Part shown: in pieces, positions 25,905-38,510 of the stretch
Layout of the letters: each line of letters begins with the position of its first letter
Position numbering within the stretch: position 1 is the stretch's first letter
Assembly (NCBI GenBank): GCA_036785375.1
Contig: JAWMAR010000075.1
Location: 7,006,001-7,070,000, forward strand
DNA length: 64,000 nt
Reading direction: 5' to 3'
From: Leucoraja ocellata
Lineage: Eukaryota
Notes under the pieces: generated by a model
Told to the model about the DNA's origin: nothing
Seen by the model: only the letters and a program-made list of their open reading frames with translations
The model's database searches: none
Program-made: the position numbers and the translations under genes

Positions 25905-26660
25905 GTACTTTGGGAGATCGAATGTAAGGGAAAATATGTACAATTAATGGCATGACCCTTAACAGCATTGATGCACAGTGGGATCTTGGGGCCCAAGTTC
26001 ATAACTCCCTGGCAGCAGCAATATAAGTAGATAGAATGATAAAGGCTTATGGTATGCTTGCCTTCATTGGTCGGGACATTGAACAGAAGAGTCAGGAAAT
26101 AATGATGCAGCTTTATGGGAAGCATAGGGAATATTGCATGATGTTCAGGTTGCCACATTACAAGAAAAGTGTGGAGGCTTTGGAAAGAGTGCCGAGGAGG
26201 TTTACCAGAATTATGCCTGGATTAGAGGGTATTAGCTACAGGGAGAGGTTGAACAGACTTGGATTGTTTTCTCTGGAATACCGGAGGTTGCAGGGAAACC
26301 TGAAAGAATAATACAAAATTATGAGAGACGTAGATAGGGTAAACAGTCAGGACCCTTTTCCCATTATGTAAATATGAAATACTAGGGGGCATAGCGTTAA
26401 GGTAGATGGGGTAAAGTTTAAAGGGGATATGAGGAAGACTGTTTTTATACTGGGGGTGGCGAGTGCCTGAAATATGCTGCCATAGTGTGATGGTGCAGGT
26501 CACGATAGTGCCTTGTAAGAGACTTTTGGATAAGCATATGGATATGCATGGAATGAAGGGATATGGATTATGTGCAGGCAGATAAGAGTTGGGCTTGGCA
26601 TCATGTTCAGCACAGACATTGCGGGCTGAAGGGCCTGTTCTTGTGCTGTACTGTTTTATG
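25905..26660 (+). mobile_element. CR1/HER1-type LINE 3' fragment
   Basis: KAYGMLAFIGR and LERVPRRFTRIMPGLEGISYRERL, plus tail GGGCTGAAGGGCCTGTTC. Confidence 0.9.
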
Positions 26661-27203
26661 TGATGTGCCATAGAAAGCATTGTATCAGGATGCATCACTG
26701 CTTGGTGTGGGAACAGCTCCATCCAAGACCGCAAGAAATTGTAGCGAATTGTGGACGCCGCCCAGACCATCGCACAAACGAACCTCCCTTTCATTGACTC
26801 CATTTATACCATGTCCTGGAAAGGCCAGCAGCATAATCAAGGACGAATTACACCCTGGCCACTCACTCTCCTCCCGTCTCCCATCCAGTAAACGGTATAG
26901 AAGTGTGAAAACGTACACCTCCAGATTCAGAGATAATTTATCAGAGCAGTTATCAGGCAACTGAATCACCCTACCACAACTGGAGAGTAGTGCTGAACTA
27001 CTATCTACCTCATTGCCGACCCTTGGACTATTTTTGATTGGACTTTACAGGCTTTACCTTGCACTAAACGTTATTCCCTTATCATGTATCTAGAAAATGT
27101 AAATGGCTTGATCGTAATCATATATTGTTTTTCCACAGACTAGTTAGCATGCAACAAAAGATTATTACTATTACTCGGTACACGTGATAATAAACTAAAT
27201 TGA
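26660..27203 (+). mobile_element. Rex1-type LINE 3' fragment
   Basis: ESIxSGCITAW and HPGHSL..LPSSKRYRSVKTYTSRFRD remnants with a 3' UTR ending GTGATAATAAACTAAA. Confidence 0.85.
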
Positions 27204-27891
27204 AGCAGTGCTAGATGATGCATGTCCCACTGAGTTCCTCCAATTACTAATAAGTTTCATGAAAGAGTCAGATTCTAAAAGCTTTCTTAATAGCTGTTTT
27301 ATCGTTATGATGATAGACTGATCTCTGTGGAACTCTTGGACTTCATAGTCAACACGAGCTTCTTACCGTAAACTCTATATAAATGGCTGCCAGCCAATTG
27401 AGATGAAATCTGATTTAGTGAACTACCTTGGGACTCATTTGTAATGTTGCCACAAAAATGCCTGCAGTCACTGTTGTTCAATGTCGTATGATTTCAATGG
27501 AATACAGGAATTAATGATAGTTGAGGGATGAAATGGAAATCTGACACTTCTAACTAAAAATAACTATTGATATGCTGCAATGATAAATACTTAAGTGTTT
27601 CAGGATTTCTGGTACAAAATATAAATCTAACATTTAAATATGAAGGAACCCACATATACAAGTTGAAATCCTATGAATGAGATCAGTAAATTTAAAATCC
27701 GGTAACAAAATTTAATTGATGAAAAATAAGCTGATGGCAATGAAACTACTGGACTGTTATCAAAGTTCATCTGATCCATTTAGGATATGTCTCCTTTACA
27801 TAACTGATAGCAGAGATCACCTGCATTGACCCAAGTGCACATTTATGACACTGCAAAGACACGCCTAGGTGATCATGCCATCAACTTATGT

Positions 27892-28201
27892 GGCATGGTG
27901 GCGCAGCTTTAGAGTTGCTGCTGTACAGCACCAGAGACCCGGGTTCGATTACGACTACGGCTGCTGTCCGTATGGAGTTTGTACGTTATCCCCTGACCTG
28001 CATGGGTTTTCTCTGAGATCTTTTCTCTGAGATCACACAAGCTCCAGACATACAGGTTTGCAGGTTAATTGGCTTGGTATAAATGCAAATTGTCCCTAGT
28101 GTGTTTAGGATAGTGTTAATGTGTGGGGGATCGCTGGTCGCTGCGAACTCAGTGCGCCGAAGGGTCTGTTTCTACGCTGTATCTCTAAACTAAACTAAAC
28201 T
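27892..28201 (+). mobile_element. HE1-like tRNA-derived SINE, full length
   Basis: TGGCGCAGC A box, GGTTCGATT B box, V-core and (TAAAC)n tail. Confidence 0.9.
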
Positions 28202-28772
28202 GAAGGGATAGCATTGTCTTGCAGATTGTATAAACAATGGCCTGGCATAATCTTGCTACTGAAACATTTCTTTCAGCTGTTAGCCATGCACTGACTTTCA
28301 TATCTAACTAATAGGACACTGACATCGGCAACAGTGACAGTTTTATGTAGTTCTCATGGAGTGGCCCCGGGAGTCATGAACATTCAATCTGGACCATGCA
28401 AGTTCTCATGCCCTTAGCTCGAACACTGGCAATTAAAGTACTTATGAATTTTCACTGATCCTTATCTCAGTGTTGGCGAATCAGTATTTCTGCAGTATGA
28501 ACCTGACTGAGAATAAGCACCGTGTAGCAAGGACAGACAGTACAGGACGTGGCTGAAGCGGCCATTGTAGTAGAAACAAAGAACTGCAGATGCTGGTTTA
28601 AATTCCTGCATTTGGAGCATTGGGTTCAGTTTTGGTCACCCTGCTACAGTATAAGAAGGATGTCATTAAGCTGGAAAGAATGCAGTGAAGATTTATGAAG
28701 ATGTCGGCAGGACCCTAGGCTCTGAGCTATGGGAAGAGGTTAAGAAACATAAAAACATAGAAAATAGGTGCA

Positions 28773-30874
28773 CGGAAGTAAACACCTCATTTCCAAGGAT
28801 GATGGGAATCATAAAGACATTTATTTTTTATGCAGGATATAAAGTGAATATATCAAAAACTCAAACCCTCCTGTTTAATTGTGCTCCTCCAGAAGAAATC
28901 AAGCAAAATTATCATATTCAATGGTATTCAAAATCAATTAATACCCAGGGGTACATATAACAAAAATTATATCAATGTTGTATGGGGCCAATTATAATCA
29001 CATCAACCAAAACATAAGAAAGGATATAGAAAGATGGTCCACCTACCCAATGGATTTTAGTAGTAAGATAAATGTGATGAAAATTAATATTTTGCCAAGG
29101 CAATTGTACTTGTTTCCATCTCTGCCAATAGAGATACCATTAAAACAATTCACGGAATGGGATAAATTAATATCTAGATTCATTTGGGGAGGAAAGAAGG
29201 CCAGAATCCGATACACTACACTCCAGTTGCCAAAGGACAAAGGTGGAATGGCACTTCCAAATTTTAGGATATATTTCTATGCAGCCCAACCTCGACTACT
29301 AATTAATTTGTGTGAGGACAGCTATATAGCTAGGTGGAAAGAGATTGAGACATGTACCCCTGACTTCCACATCCAAACACTCTTGGGAGAAAAAACATTT
29401 CCTGGACATATCAGGAGTATAATCGATCCAATTACGATATTTACTTTAAAAACCTGGTTCACTCTTACCAGCCAACCTAAACTGAATACACGACAAAGGG
29501 TTTGAGATGGATAGCTTTGGATAATTAATTTAAACCAGGGATGTATGATTCAACATTTAAAGAGTGGATGAAGAAAAGAATGACTGCATTTTGTACTGTT
29601 ACTGAAAATGGAGACCTAAGAAGTTTTCAAGATTTGAAGGATAGATTTGCACTTTTGAACCAAGACTTGTCCAGATACCTCCAACTGAGTGATTATTACA
29701 ATAAAAAAGTAAAAAGGGAGGCACTAGAAGAAAATAATCCAGTGATAGAAGTGATAGTTAATGCGTATAATCAAAAAACATTAAGGATTATTTCTAAACG
29801 TTATCATAGTTTAATGGAATGTCAAGCTAAAACTCCATTTAATGTAAAATTTAAGTGGGAAAAGGAATTGAACATCACAATCTCAGAAGAAGAATGGCAT
29901 CATATGTGTGTAACATTACAGACATCCACTAAATCACAAAAATGAGAGAATTTAATTGGAAAATTTTGATTTGTTTCTTTATTACGCCTAACATAAAAAG
30001 CAAGCAAATTCTAAGGCAGCAAACATGCTGGAGGCAATGTGGCCAAAGATGCAAATCATGCACATATCTTCTGGAGTTGCCCCAAAATAGAACCATTTTG
30101 GGACAGAGTGAATTCAGAATTAAAGGAGGTATTAGGATATATAGTCTCCAAGAAGTGTTCCATTTTATTCCTGGGAAACATAAATACAGTGGTGCTGAAG
30201 GAAGATCAATATTTGGTTAAAATCCTACTCACAGCTGGCAGAAAGGCCATTATAAGAAACTGGCTTGCAGCAGACACACCCAGACTTAGACAATGGTTAG
30301 TCATAGTACAGGAAATATTTGTCATGTAGAAAATTACATATTCTTTAAGAGTGAAAGAAGACGAGTTTAACAGAAAATGGGAAAAATAGATTAGGTATAG
30401 AAATAAAGACATCAACTGTATAATTTTATTGACAATAATGTAAGTTATTGGAAAATGTTTTAATGAGAAAATAGTTCTGTATACTGCATCATTAATTGTA
30501 AACTGAACCCCCGCTGCACTGTTGTATGTTTCACTGCATTGTTGTATGTTTCACTGCATTGTTGTATGTTTCACTGCACTGTTGTATGTTTCACTGCATT
30601 GTTGTATGTTTCATTGCATTGTTGTATGTTTCATTGCATTGTTGTATGTTTCATTGCATTGTTGTATGTTTCACTGCATTGTTGTATGTTTCATTGCATT
30701 GTTGTATGTTTCATTGCATTGTTGTATGTTTCATTGCATTGTTGTATGTTTCACTGCATTGTTGTATGTTTCACTGCATTGTTGTATGTTTCACTGCATT
30801 GTTGTATGTTTCGTCATCATATTTGTGTTTTATTTGTGTTTGCACAAAAGCAATAAAGACTAAAGTGAAAAAAA
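28773..30874 (+). mobile_element. L1-clade LINE, 5'-truncated (ORF2 C-terminal pseudogene)
   Basis: GYKVNISKT, INILPR..YLF, FIWGGKKARI..PKDKGGMALPNF and CWRQCG..HIFWSCP knuckle. AATAAA (30852) and A-tail; 14 bp TSD AGAAAATAGGTGCA (28759-28772 and 30875-30888). Confidence 0.93.
30514..30812. repeat. 20 bp minisatellite, ~15 copies, in the L1 3' UTR
   Basis: Unit CAYTGCATTGTTGTATGTTT in tandem without spacers. Confidence 0.95.
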
Positions 30875-32285
30875 AGAAAATAGGTGCAGGAGGAGGCCAT
30901 TCGGCCCTTCAAGCCACCATTCATTGTGATCATGGCTGATCATCCCTAATCAATAACCCGTGCCTGCCTTCTCCCCATATCCCTTAATTCCACCAGCCCC
31001 TAGAGTTCTATCTAAATCTCTCTTAAATCCATCCAGTGATATGGCCTCCACTGCCCTCTGTGGCAGGGAATTCCACAAATTCACAACTCTCTAGGTGAAA
31101 AAGTTTTATCTCACCTCAGTCTTAAATGACCTCCCCTTTATTCTAAGATTGTGGCCCCTGGTTCTGGACTCACCCAACATTGGAAACATTTTTCCTGCAT
31201 CTAGCTTGTCCAGTCCTTTTATAATTGTATATGTTTCTATAAGATGCCCACTCATCCTTCTAAACTCCAGTGAATACAAGCCTAGTCTTTTCAATCTTTC
31301 CTCATATGCCATCCCAGGGATCAATCTCGTGAACCTACGCTGCACTGCCTCAATCACAAGGATGTCCTTCCTCAAATTAGGAGACCAAAATTGTACATAA
31401 TACTCCAGATGTGGTCGTACCAGAGCCCTATACAACAGCAGAAGAACCTCTCTAGTCCTATACTGAAATCCTCTTGTTATGAAGGCCAACATTCCATTAG
31501 CTTTCTTCACTGCTTTCAGTGACCGGTGTACAAGGAGACCCAGGTCTCGCCGTACCCATCCCCTTACCTAACCTAGCCCCATTGAGATAATAATCTGCCC
31601 CCTTGCATTTGCCACCAAAGTGGATAACCTCACATTTATCTATATTATACTGCATCTGCCACGCATCTGCCCACACACTCAACCTGTCCAGGTCACCCTG
31701 CAACCTCCTAACATCCTCTTCACAGTTCACACTGCCACCTAGCTTTGTGTCATCCGCAAACTTGCTAGTGTTGCTCCTAATTCCCTCTTCCAAATCATTA
31801 ATATATATGGTAAACAGTTGTGGCCCCAACACCGAGCCTTGCGGCACTCCACTCGCCACTGCCTGCCATTCTGAAAAGGACCCGTTCACTCCTACTCTTT
31901 GCTTCCTGCCTGCCAACCAATTTTCTATCCACATCAACACACTACCCCTAATACCATGTGTTCTAATTTTAGTCACCAGTCTCCCATGCGAGACCTTATC
32001 AAAGGCTTTCTGAAAGTCTAGATACACTACATCCACTGGCTCCCCGTCATCCATTTTGCTTGTCGCATCCTCAGAAAATTCCAGAAGATAAGTCAAGCAT
32101 GATTTTCCTTTCATAAATCCACACTGACTTGGACTATTCCTTTTACTGCTATCCAAATGCCCCATTATTACCTCTTTCATGATTGACTCCAGCATCTTTC
32201 CCACCACCAAAGTCAGACTAACTGGTCTGTAATTCCTTGTTTTCTCTCTCACTCCTTTCTTGAAAACATTAGCTATCCTCCAACA
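30875..32285 (-). mobile_element. CR1/HER1-type LINE with RT domain; its tail continues at 28743-28772
   Basis: NYRPVSLT, YLDFQKAFDKV, SGVPQGSVLGP and FADDTK in ORF 31497-32294. Confidence 0.95.
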
Positions 32286-32287
32286 AT

Positions 32288-32665
32288 TGGACAATCTTGG
32301 ATGTTATTCCTTGGATGATCTTATAGAGGTTTATACAATCATGTGGGGAATTGATAGGGTAAATGTAGATAAAATTTTACCCAGCGTAAGGGAATCAAGA
32401 TCAGAGGACTTGGGTTTAAGGTGAGAAAGGAAAGACTTAATAGGAACCTGATGAGCAACTTTTTCACTCGGAGGTTGGTCGGTAGATGGAACAAGCTGCC
32501 AGAGGAAGTAGTTAAGGTGGGTACTATAACTGCATTTAAGATATTTAGACGGGTACATGGATAGGAAAGGATAGAGGATATATGCCAAACGCGGGCAAAT
32601 GGGACTATCTTAGATGGGGCATCTTGGTCAGCATGTTTCCGTGCTGTATATCTTTATGACTCTAT
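32288..32665 (+). mobile_element. Older CR1 fragment, continuation of 28605-28742
   Basis: GAGGTT|GGACA joins across the nested insertions; has a CR1 tail. Confidence 0.75.
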
Positions 32666-33292
32666 AACTGATTACAGAGGTCACCTGCATTGACCTATCT
32701 GCACATTTCCGACTAGGCAAAGAGACACCTAGTCGATCAAGTCAATCTTCCTCAAAAACATCTGATGACATCAACAGTGGAAGAGCTGTCTCTCAGACTG
32801 TATAAACAACGGCCTGGTATATTCTTGCTACTGAAACATTTTGTTCGGCTGTCAACCATGCACTGATTTTCAGATGAGACAGATAGGACACCCCATCAGC
32901 AAGCGGTGAGACATTTTCACATAGTTCTTATTGAGTGGCCCCATAAGAGCTATATGAAAATGTATACACCTCTATAAAATTATACACCTCATAACATTCA
33001 GTCAGAACAATGCAAGTTCTCACGCCCTTGGGTCCAACACTCGCAGGGAAAGCACGTCCAATCTCACAACTGATTACTCAGTATTGCTGCAGTTATTGAT
33101 TTGGAAGAAACATCATATGGCAGGGACAGCATATATTCCAATGAGAGACTTTATTGTCTATCACCAGGAGCAGCTTTGTAGCACCAACACTGGAACTGCA
33201 GCAGTCCACCACCACTTACTCCAGGGTAAATGGAAATGGGTGTTAACAGCTAACCTTGCTGCATATTCTATATTTAAAGCAGACATACTTAA

Positions 33293-33746
33293 AGGGCCTG
33301 TCCCACAACGCTGTCATTTGCGCGCCATTTACACGATCTCCAAAAATGTGGTTGTCACGTTGTGACGCACCGGTAGCATGTGGGTAGCATGGGACGGGAG
33401 CATGGGGAGGCGTGCAGGTGTGTGGAGTTGCGCGCGGTATCACGCGCCGCTCCAGGATTTTGTGCTGCACGAAATCCTCGCGCGCCACCTGTGTGACGTA
33501 TCGCATACGCACGCTCACGCATTGGCGTCGCATGCTGTCGTCCCGACGCCTCACGTGTATCGCATGGTGTCGCATGGTTATGTCACCGTGCGTAACCATG
33601 CGCCGCCGCACGCCGCAGGGTATTCTAATGACGTCACATGCACCAGACGGCATGATGACGCGTGATTTGTGCGCGACGACGCGTCAACCTACTTTACATA
33701 TGACGTGTAAATGAGGCGCAAATGAAGGCCAAGTGGGACAGGCCCT
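33293..33746. mobile_element. PIF/Harbinger-type MITE, long variant
   Basis: TIR AGGGCCTGTCCCAC / GTGGGACAGGCCCT with TWA flanks; internal sequence homologous to the two shorter copies. Confidence 0.85.
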
Positions 33747-34679
33747 TTAGACTTCAAATGATTGTTTAACTGTTTTAATATCCTGATCTTAATGATAGGA
33801 CCTGCTGATTCCCACTGAGTAGATGGGCAGATTAGTTACAGAGCCGGTGGGTGCAAACTAGAAATTACATTAAAAATGCACACTGGCGGCCACAGCCTTG
33901 CTCCTGGCTATCAGTTGGTGGGTGGGAGTGGCAGATAGATTAATGATCGGGGGAATCTGAAGCAGATTTTTGGAGGGGGTTGGCTGCTGATGATAACAGC
34001 CCAAGCATTGGTAGATCTGAGATGGAGTCACAAGCAATCATCTTGCACTCTCAAACAAATAAATGATTTGCTCTTCAGCCTTGCATAGACAATTGGCATT
34101 TGAATGGTTTTGGCAACAGTAGTCGGTAGTATTTCTGCTTCCCCACTGCTGCATAGTGAGTGGCAGAAAGCTTCTTTTGGCACACTGCCCATTTATTTCT
34201 TAGAGGCCTAACAATATCATGTACAAACTTAACAATACTCTTGAATAGTGAGCTCTTATTAACATTGAAATGATGGTGGTGGTTGGGAATTTACAAATAT
34301 ATGTAACATGACGGAGCATTACATTTCGTATTTTTTCTTGAATTAAGTATTTTTGCTATAATTTATTCTTTAATTTTATTAAACTCTGTCATTATCTGAG
34401 TCACTATTAAGATTCTATTTAAAAACAAATAAGATCACCGCATAAATGAGGCACATAAAATACAGCACAGAAACTGGTCTTTCAGCCCAACTTGTCCCTA
34501 CCACCTTGATGCTTCAGTCTCATCAGTCTCACCAGCCCACATTTGGACCATATCCCTCTATGCATTTCCCCTCCAAGTACCTGTCCAAATGTCTTTTGAA
34601 TGTTATTATAGTACCTGCCTCAACTACCTCCTCTGGCAACGCATTCCAGATACCCACCAGACTTGAGGAAAATAGGGAA

Positions 34680-34928
34680 GATAGACACATAATGCTGGAG
34701 TAACTCAACGAGACAGGCAGCATCTCTGGATAGAAGGAATGGGTGACGTTTTGGGGTCGAGACCCTTCTTCAGACTGATCAGACATTATTCAAACAGGAG
34801 TCTGAAGAAGGGTCTTGACCCAAAATGTCCCCCATTCCTTCTATCCAGAGATGCTGCCTGTCCCACTGAGTTACTCCAGCATTTTGTGGCTTACTTTGGT
34901 TTAAACCAGCATCTGCAGTTCCTTCCTA
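34680..34928. mobile_element. Penelope-like inverted terminal-repeat pair
   Basis: Inverted arms around a short spacer (~34776-34797). Confidence 0.8.
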
Positions 34929-35919
34929 CGAAAAAAAAGGGAAGGTGAGATGACGCATGTCAGAAGGAGGGTGTGCAAAGATGAACACCACCATGTGCTT
35001 CTTGGGCTTAAAAGCTTGTTTCTTTCCTACAAAATACGCTACATTTATTTGCAATGAATTTGTAAAGTTAACAGTACTGTAGAGATTTGGTTTAATTGAT
35101 TTTTCCAGCTCAGAGTGTGTCATTGTTGGAGGTACCTTGATAAAGTTAACATTTTTGTGATATGATAAAATTAGATTCATTTTCAAGTGAAAACTGAATG
35201 GAAATGATCCTTTTTTTTATCTGCTTCCATTTTGTGATGAGTATATACACGGCAAAAAGAGACCAATAAATTCATGGATGATAGATTGTGAAGGTTGTTC
35301 CTGCATTTTGACCAACAGATTTGATAAATATTATTCGTTTCCAAGAAGCACTGACAAAACATATTTGTGCAAATAGATTACAATGCAAATAAAATACAGT
35401 GTTTTGCAAGTCACTCTCACCAATTTGCATTGTGGTTGCTGCAGTAAATTAGCAAACACTTAACTTAATTGGACTTTGTGGCCAGAGTAAATCTGCTTAG
35501 GAGGATACATTTTATTGCAGAACATTTCATCTCCTGACACAATTTTTGAGGAATTAAAGTTGAAGTAGTCCACTAAATTATCATGATGAAACCCCCACAT
35601 AGAATGTACCGTAACCACTCGACTTGGGTGGTGTTTGAAAAGCCCTTCTGGAAACACAAGAAAGCCAGATGATCTAATTTTATGCGTTCCCTGGGTTACC
35701 AAAAAAAAAACTATGAAGACAGAGTAAACAGAAGGAACTTGAACAAGCAAAACCCGATCAAGTGCACAGAGGAAATTCTGAAAAATAACAAGACAGTTCA
35801 TCAAAAGGAACAGTAATAATATTAAGGATATAACAGGAAAAAATGTATTAAATTTGAGACCAGTGATCAAAAGTGAAGAAAATTACCTTTTGAAGAGAAT
35901 AAATAACATAATAACGGAA

Positions 35920-36980
35920 GGTAGACACAGTGATAGAGTAACTCAGCCGGTGAGGCAGCATTTATGGAGAAAAGGAATTGGCGATGTTTCAGGTCGAGAC
36001 CCTTCTTCAGACTGATGTCCATACCAGGGCATCAGAGATGTCCTCATTCTTTAGGGAACGGAGGTTCCCCTCTTCCATTATAGTTGAGGCTCTCAATAGG
36101 GTCTCCTCAATATCCTGCAGCTCTGCTCTTACTCCCCCTCCCCCTCCCCCACTCGAAACAAGGACAGTCCCGCTTGTCCTCACCTTCCACCCCATCAGCC
36201 ATCGCATACAGCATATAATCTTCCAACATTTTTGCCACCTCCAAAGGGATCCCACTACCGGCCACATCTTCCCATCTCCACCCCTTTCTGCTTTCCGCAG
36301 AGACCGTTCCCTCCGCAACTCCCTGGTCAACTCGTCTCTTCCCACCCAAACCACCCCCTTCCCAGGTACTCTCCCCAGCAACCGCAGGAGATGCAACACC
36401 TGTCCCTTTACCTCCCCCTTCGACTCCATCCAAGGCCCCAAACAGTCTTTCCAGGTGAGGCAGAAGTTCACTTGCACCTCCTCTAACCTCATCTACTCTA
36501 TCTGCTGTTCCAGGTATCAACTTCTCTACATCGGCGAGACCAAGCACAAGCTCAGTGATCATTTCGCTGAACACCTCCGCTCACTCCGTCTTAACCTACC
36601 CGATCTCCTGGTGGCCCAGCACTTTAACTCCCCCTCCCATTCCCAATCTGACCTTTCAGTTCTGGGCCTCCTCCATTGTCAGAGTGAGGCCCAGTGCAAA
36701 TTGGAGGAACAGCACCTCATATTTCGCTTGGGGACTTTGCACCCCAACGGTATGAACGTTGACTTCTCTAACTTCAGGTAGCTCTTGCTTTCTCTCTCCA
36801 TCCCTCCCCCTTCCCAGTTCTCCCACTAGTCTTACTATCTCCACCTACATTTTTATTGTCCCGCCCCCTCCCCTGACATCGTTGCCAATTCCTTCTCTCC
36901 ATAGATGCTGCCTCACCCGCTGAGTTACTTCAGCATTTTGTGTCTACCTTTGATTTACCAGCATCTACAGTTCTTTCTTA
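35920..36980 (+). mobile_element. Penelope-like retroelement with GIY-YIG endonuclease remnant and inverted 5' terminal repeat
   Basis: CNTC..FTCTSSNLIYSICC..LYIGETK..EH..VAQHFN in ORF 35978-36781; 15 bp TSD AACATAATAACGGAA (35905-35919 and 36981-36995). Confidence 0.92.
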
Positions 36981-37921
36981 AACATAATAACGGAATGTGC
37001 ATTCAGAGTTAAAGAGCAAAATGTGATGTTTACTTGAAAACAATACAGCACAGGAATACATCCTTTGGCCTGCAATGTCTCTGCCGAACATGAGGCTGCT
37101 ACATTAATCTCCTGTGCTTGCACATGATCCATATCCATCCATTCCTTGTGCATCCATGTGCCTACCAAAAGCCTCTTAAATGCCATTATTGTATCTACTT
37201 CCAACCCTTCTCTAGCAGCATGTCCGAATCAACTACCCCTCTCTATGTGAAAAATACATGGTCCGGCCTTCTCCTGTAAACCCTACCCTTGTAACCCTAG
37301 TAATCCTGAGGTCACCAACCTGGAGGTCCTGTTACCTAACCTTCTAAATTCCAAGTGTCCAAATGAAGCTTTACAACTAATCTCTGACTGCAGCTTTGAA
37401 ATATCAAGGATATCGTCATGCAAGTAGTCATACAAAGTGTTCTCCACACAGGAATTACAGGTGATTCAATTGATATCATCAATGTGAAGGTCACTACCAT
37501 ATATTTTGTGCATTGATGAAACGTTAAGAGTTAAGAGAAAGTGTACAATCTCCCTGCAATATGGAGCAATATCACTTAAGACATCATTAGCATGATGGAA
37601 ATTAGTAATTTAATCTTTACAGTTAGTCCATGCTCATTTTTATCAGAAGGGGAAGAGTCATTTCCTCCAGTACTGACACTGAGTCATGATATAATCAGAC
37701 GTGTGTGTTCTTGTACAGTCATGAAGAGTTGAGATCGATCACTGCTTATTAAGATGGAATGTTGGCACAATTAGTGTCTGAGAATAGATAACTGTTGAAT
37801 TAATGTTCTTTTCAGAGGTTAATCGATCTCAATTAATTCATTTTTCTGTGGAATCCTGCTTTCAATGGAGCATCAGAGAGATCCACTCAAATGCTCAAGG
37901 AAGCCTTGAAGAACAACATTT

Positions 37922-38510
37922 TATAGACATTAGGTGCAGGAGTAGGCCATTCGGCCCTTTGAGCCAGCACCACCACTCAATGTGATCATGGCTGATCATC
38001 CACAATCAGTTCCCCGTTCATGCCTTCTCTCCATTTCTCTTAACTCCACTATCCCTAAGAGTTCTATCTAAATCTCTCATGGAAGCATCTAGAGAACCAG
38101 CCTCCACCAGGCTGAGGCAGAGAATTCCACACACAACTCTCTGTGTGAAAAGGTTTTTCCTCATCTCCATTCTAAATAGCTTACCACTTATTCTTAAACT
38201 ATGGCCCCTGGTTCTGGACTCCCCTAACACCAGGAACATGTTTCCTGCCTCTAGCGTGTCCAAACCCTTAATAATCTTATATTTTTCTATAAGATCTCCT
38301 CTCATCCTTCTAAATTCCAGCGTATACAATCCCAGCCGCTCCAATCTATCAACATATGATAGTCCCGCCATCCCGGGAATTCATCTTGTAAACCTACGCT
38401 GTACTCCCTCGATAGCAAGAATGTTCTTCCTCAAGTTCGGAAACCAACACAGCACACAATACTCCAGGTGTGGTTTCACTAGGGTCCTGTACAATTGCAG
38501 GAGGATGTCT
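37922..38510 (-). mobile_element. CR1/HER1-type LINE 3' fragment
   Basis: LLQLYRTLVKPHLEYC and LGLYTLEFRRMRGDLIE. Confidence 0.92.

Noticed and set aside
27892-27965. tRNA gene
   Set aside because: SINE head continuing into the V-core and LINE-derived tail; no acceptor stem.
30514-30812. CRISPR-like or Cys-rich protein-coding repeat
   Set aside because: Head-to-tail 20-mers with no unique spacers, in an L1 3' UTR; the ORFs are by-products of a stop-free repeat.
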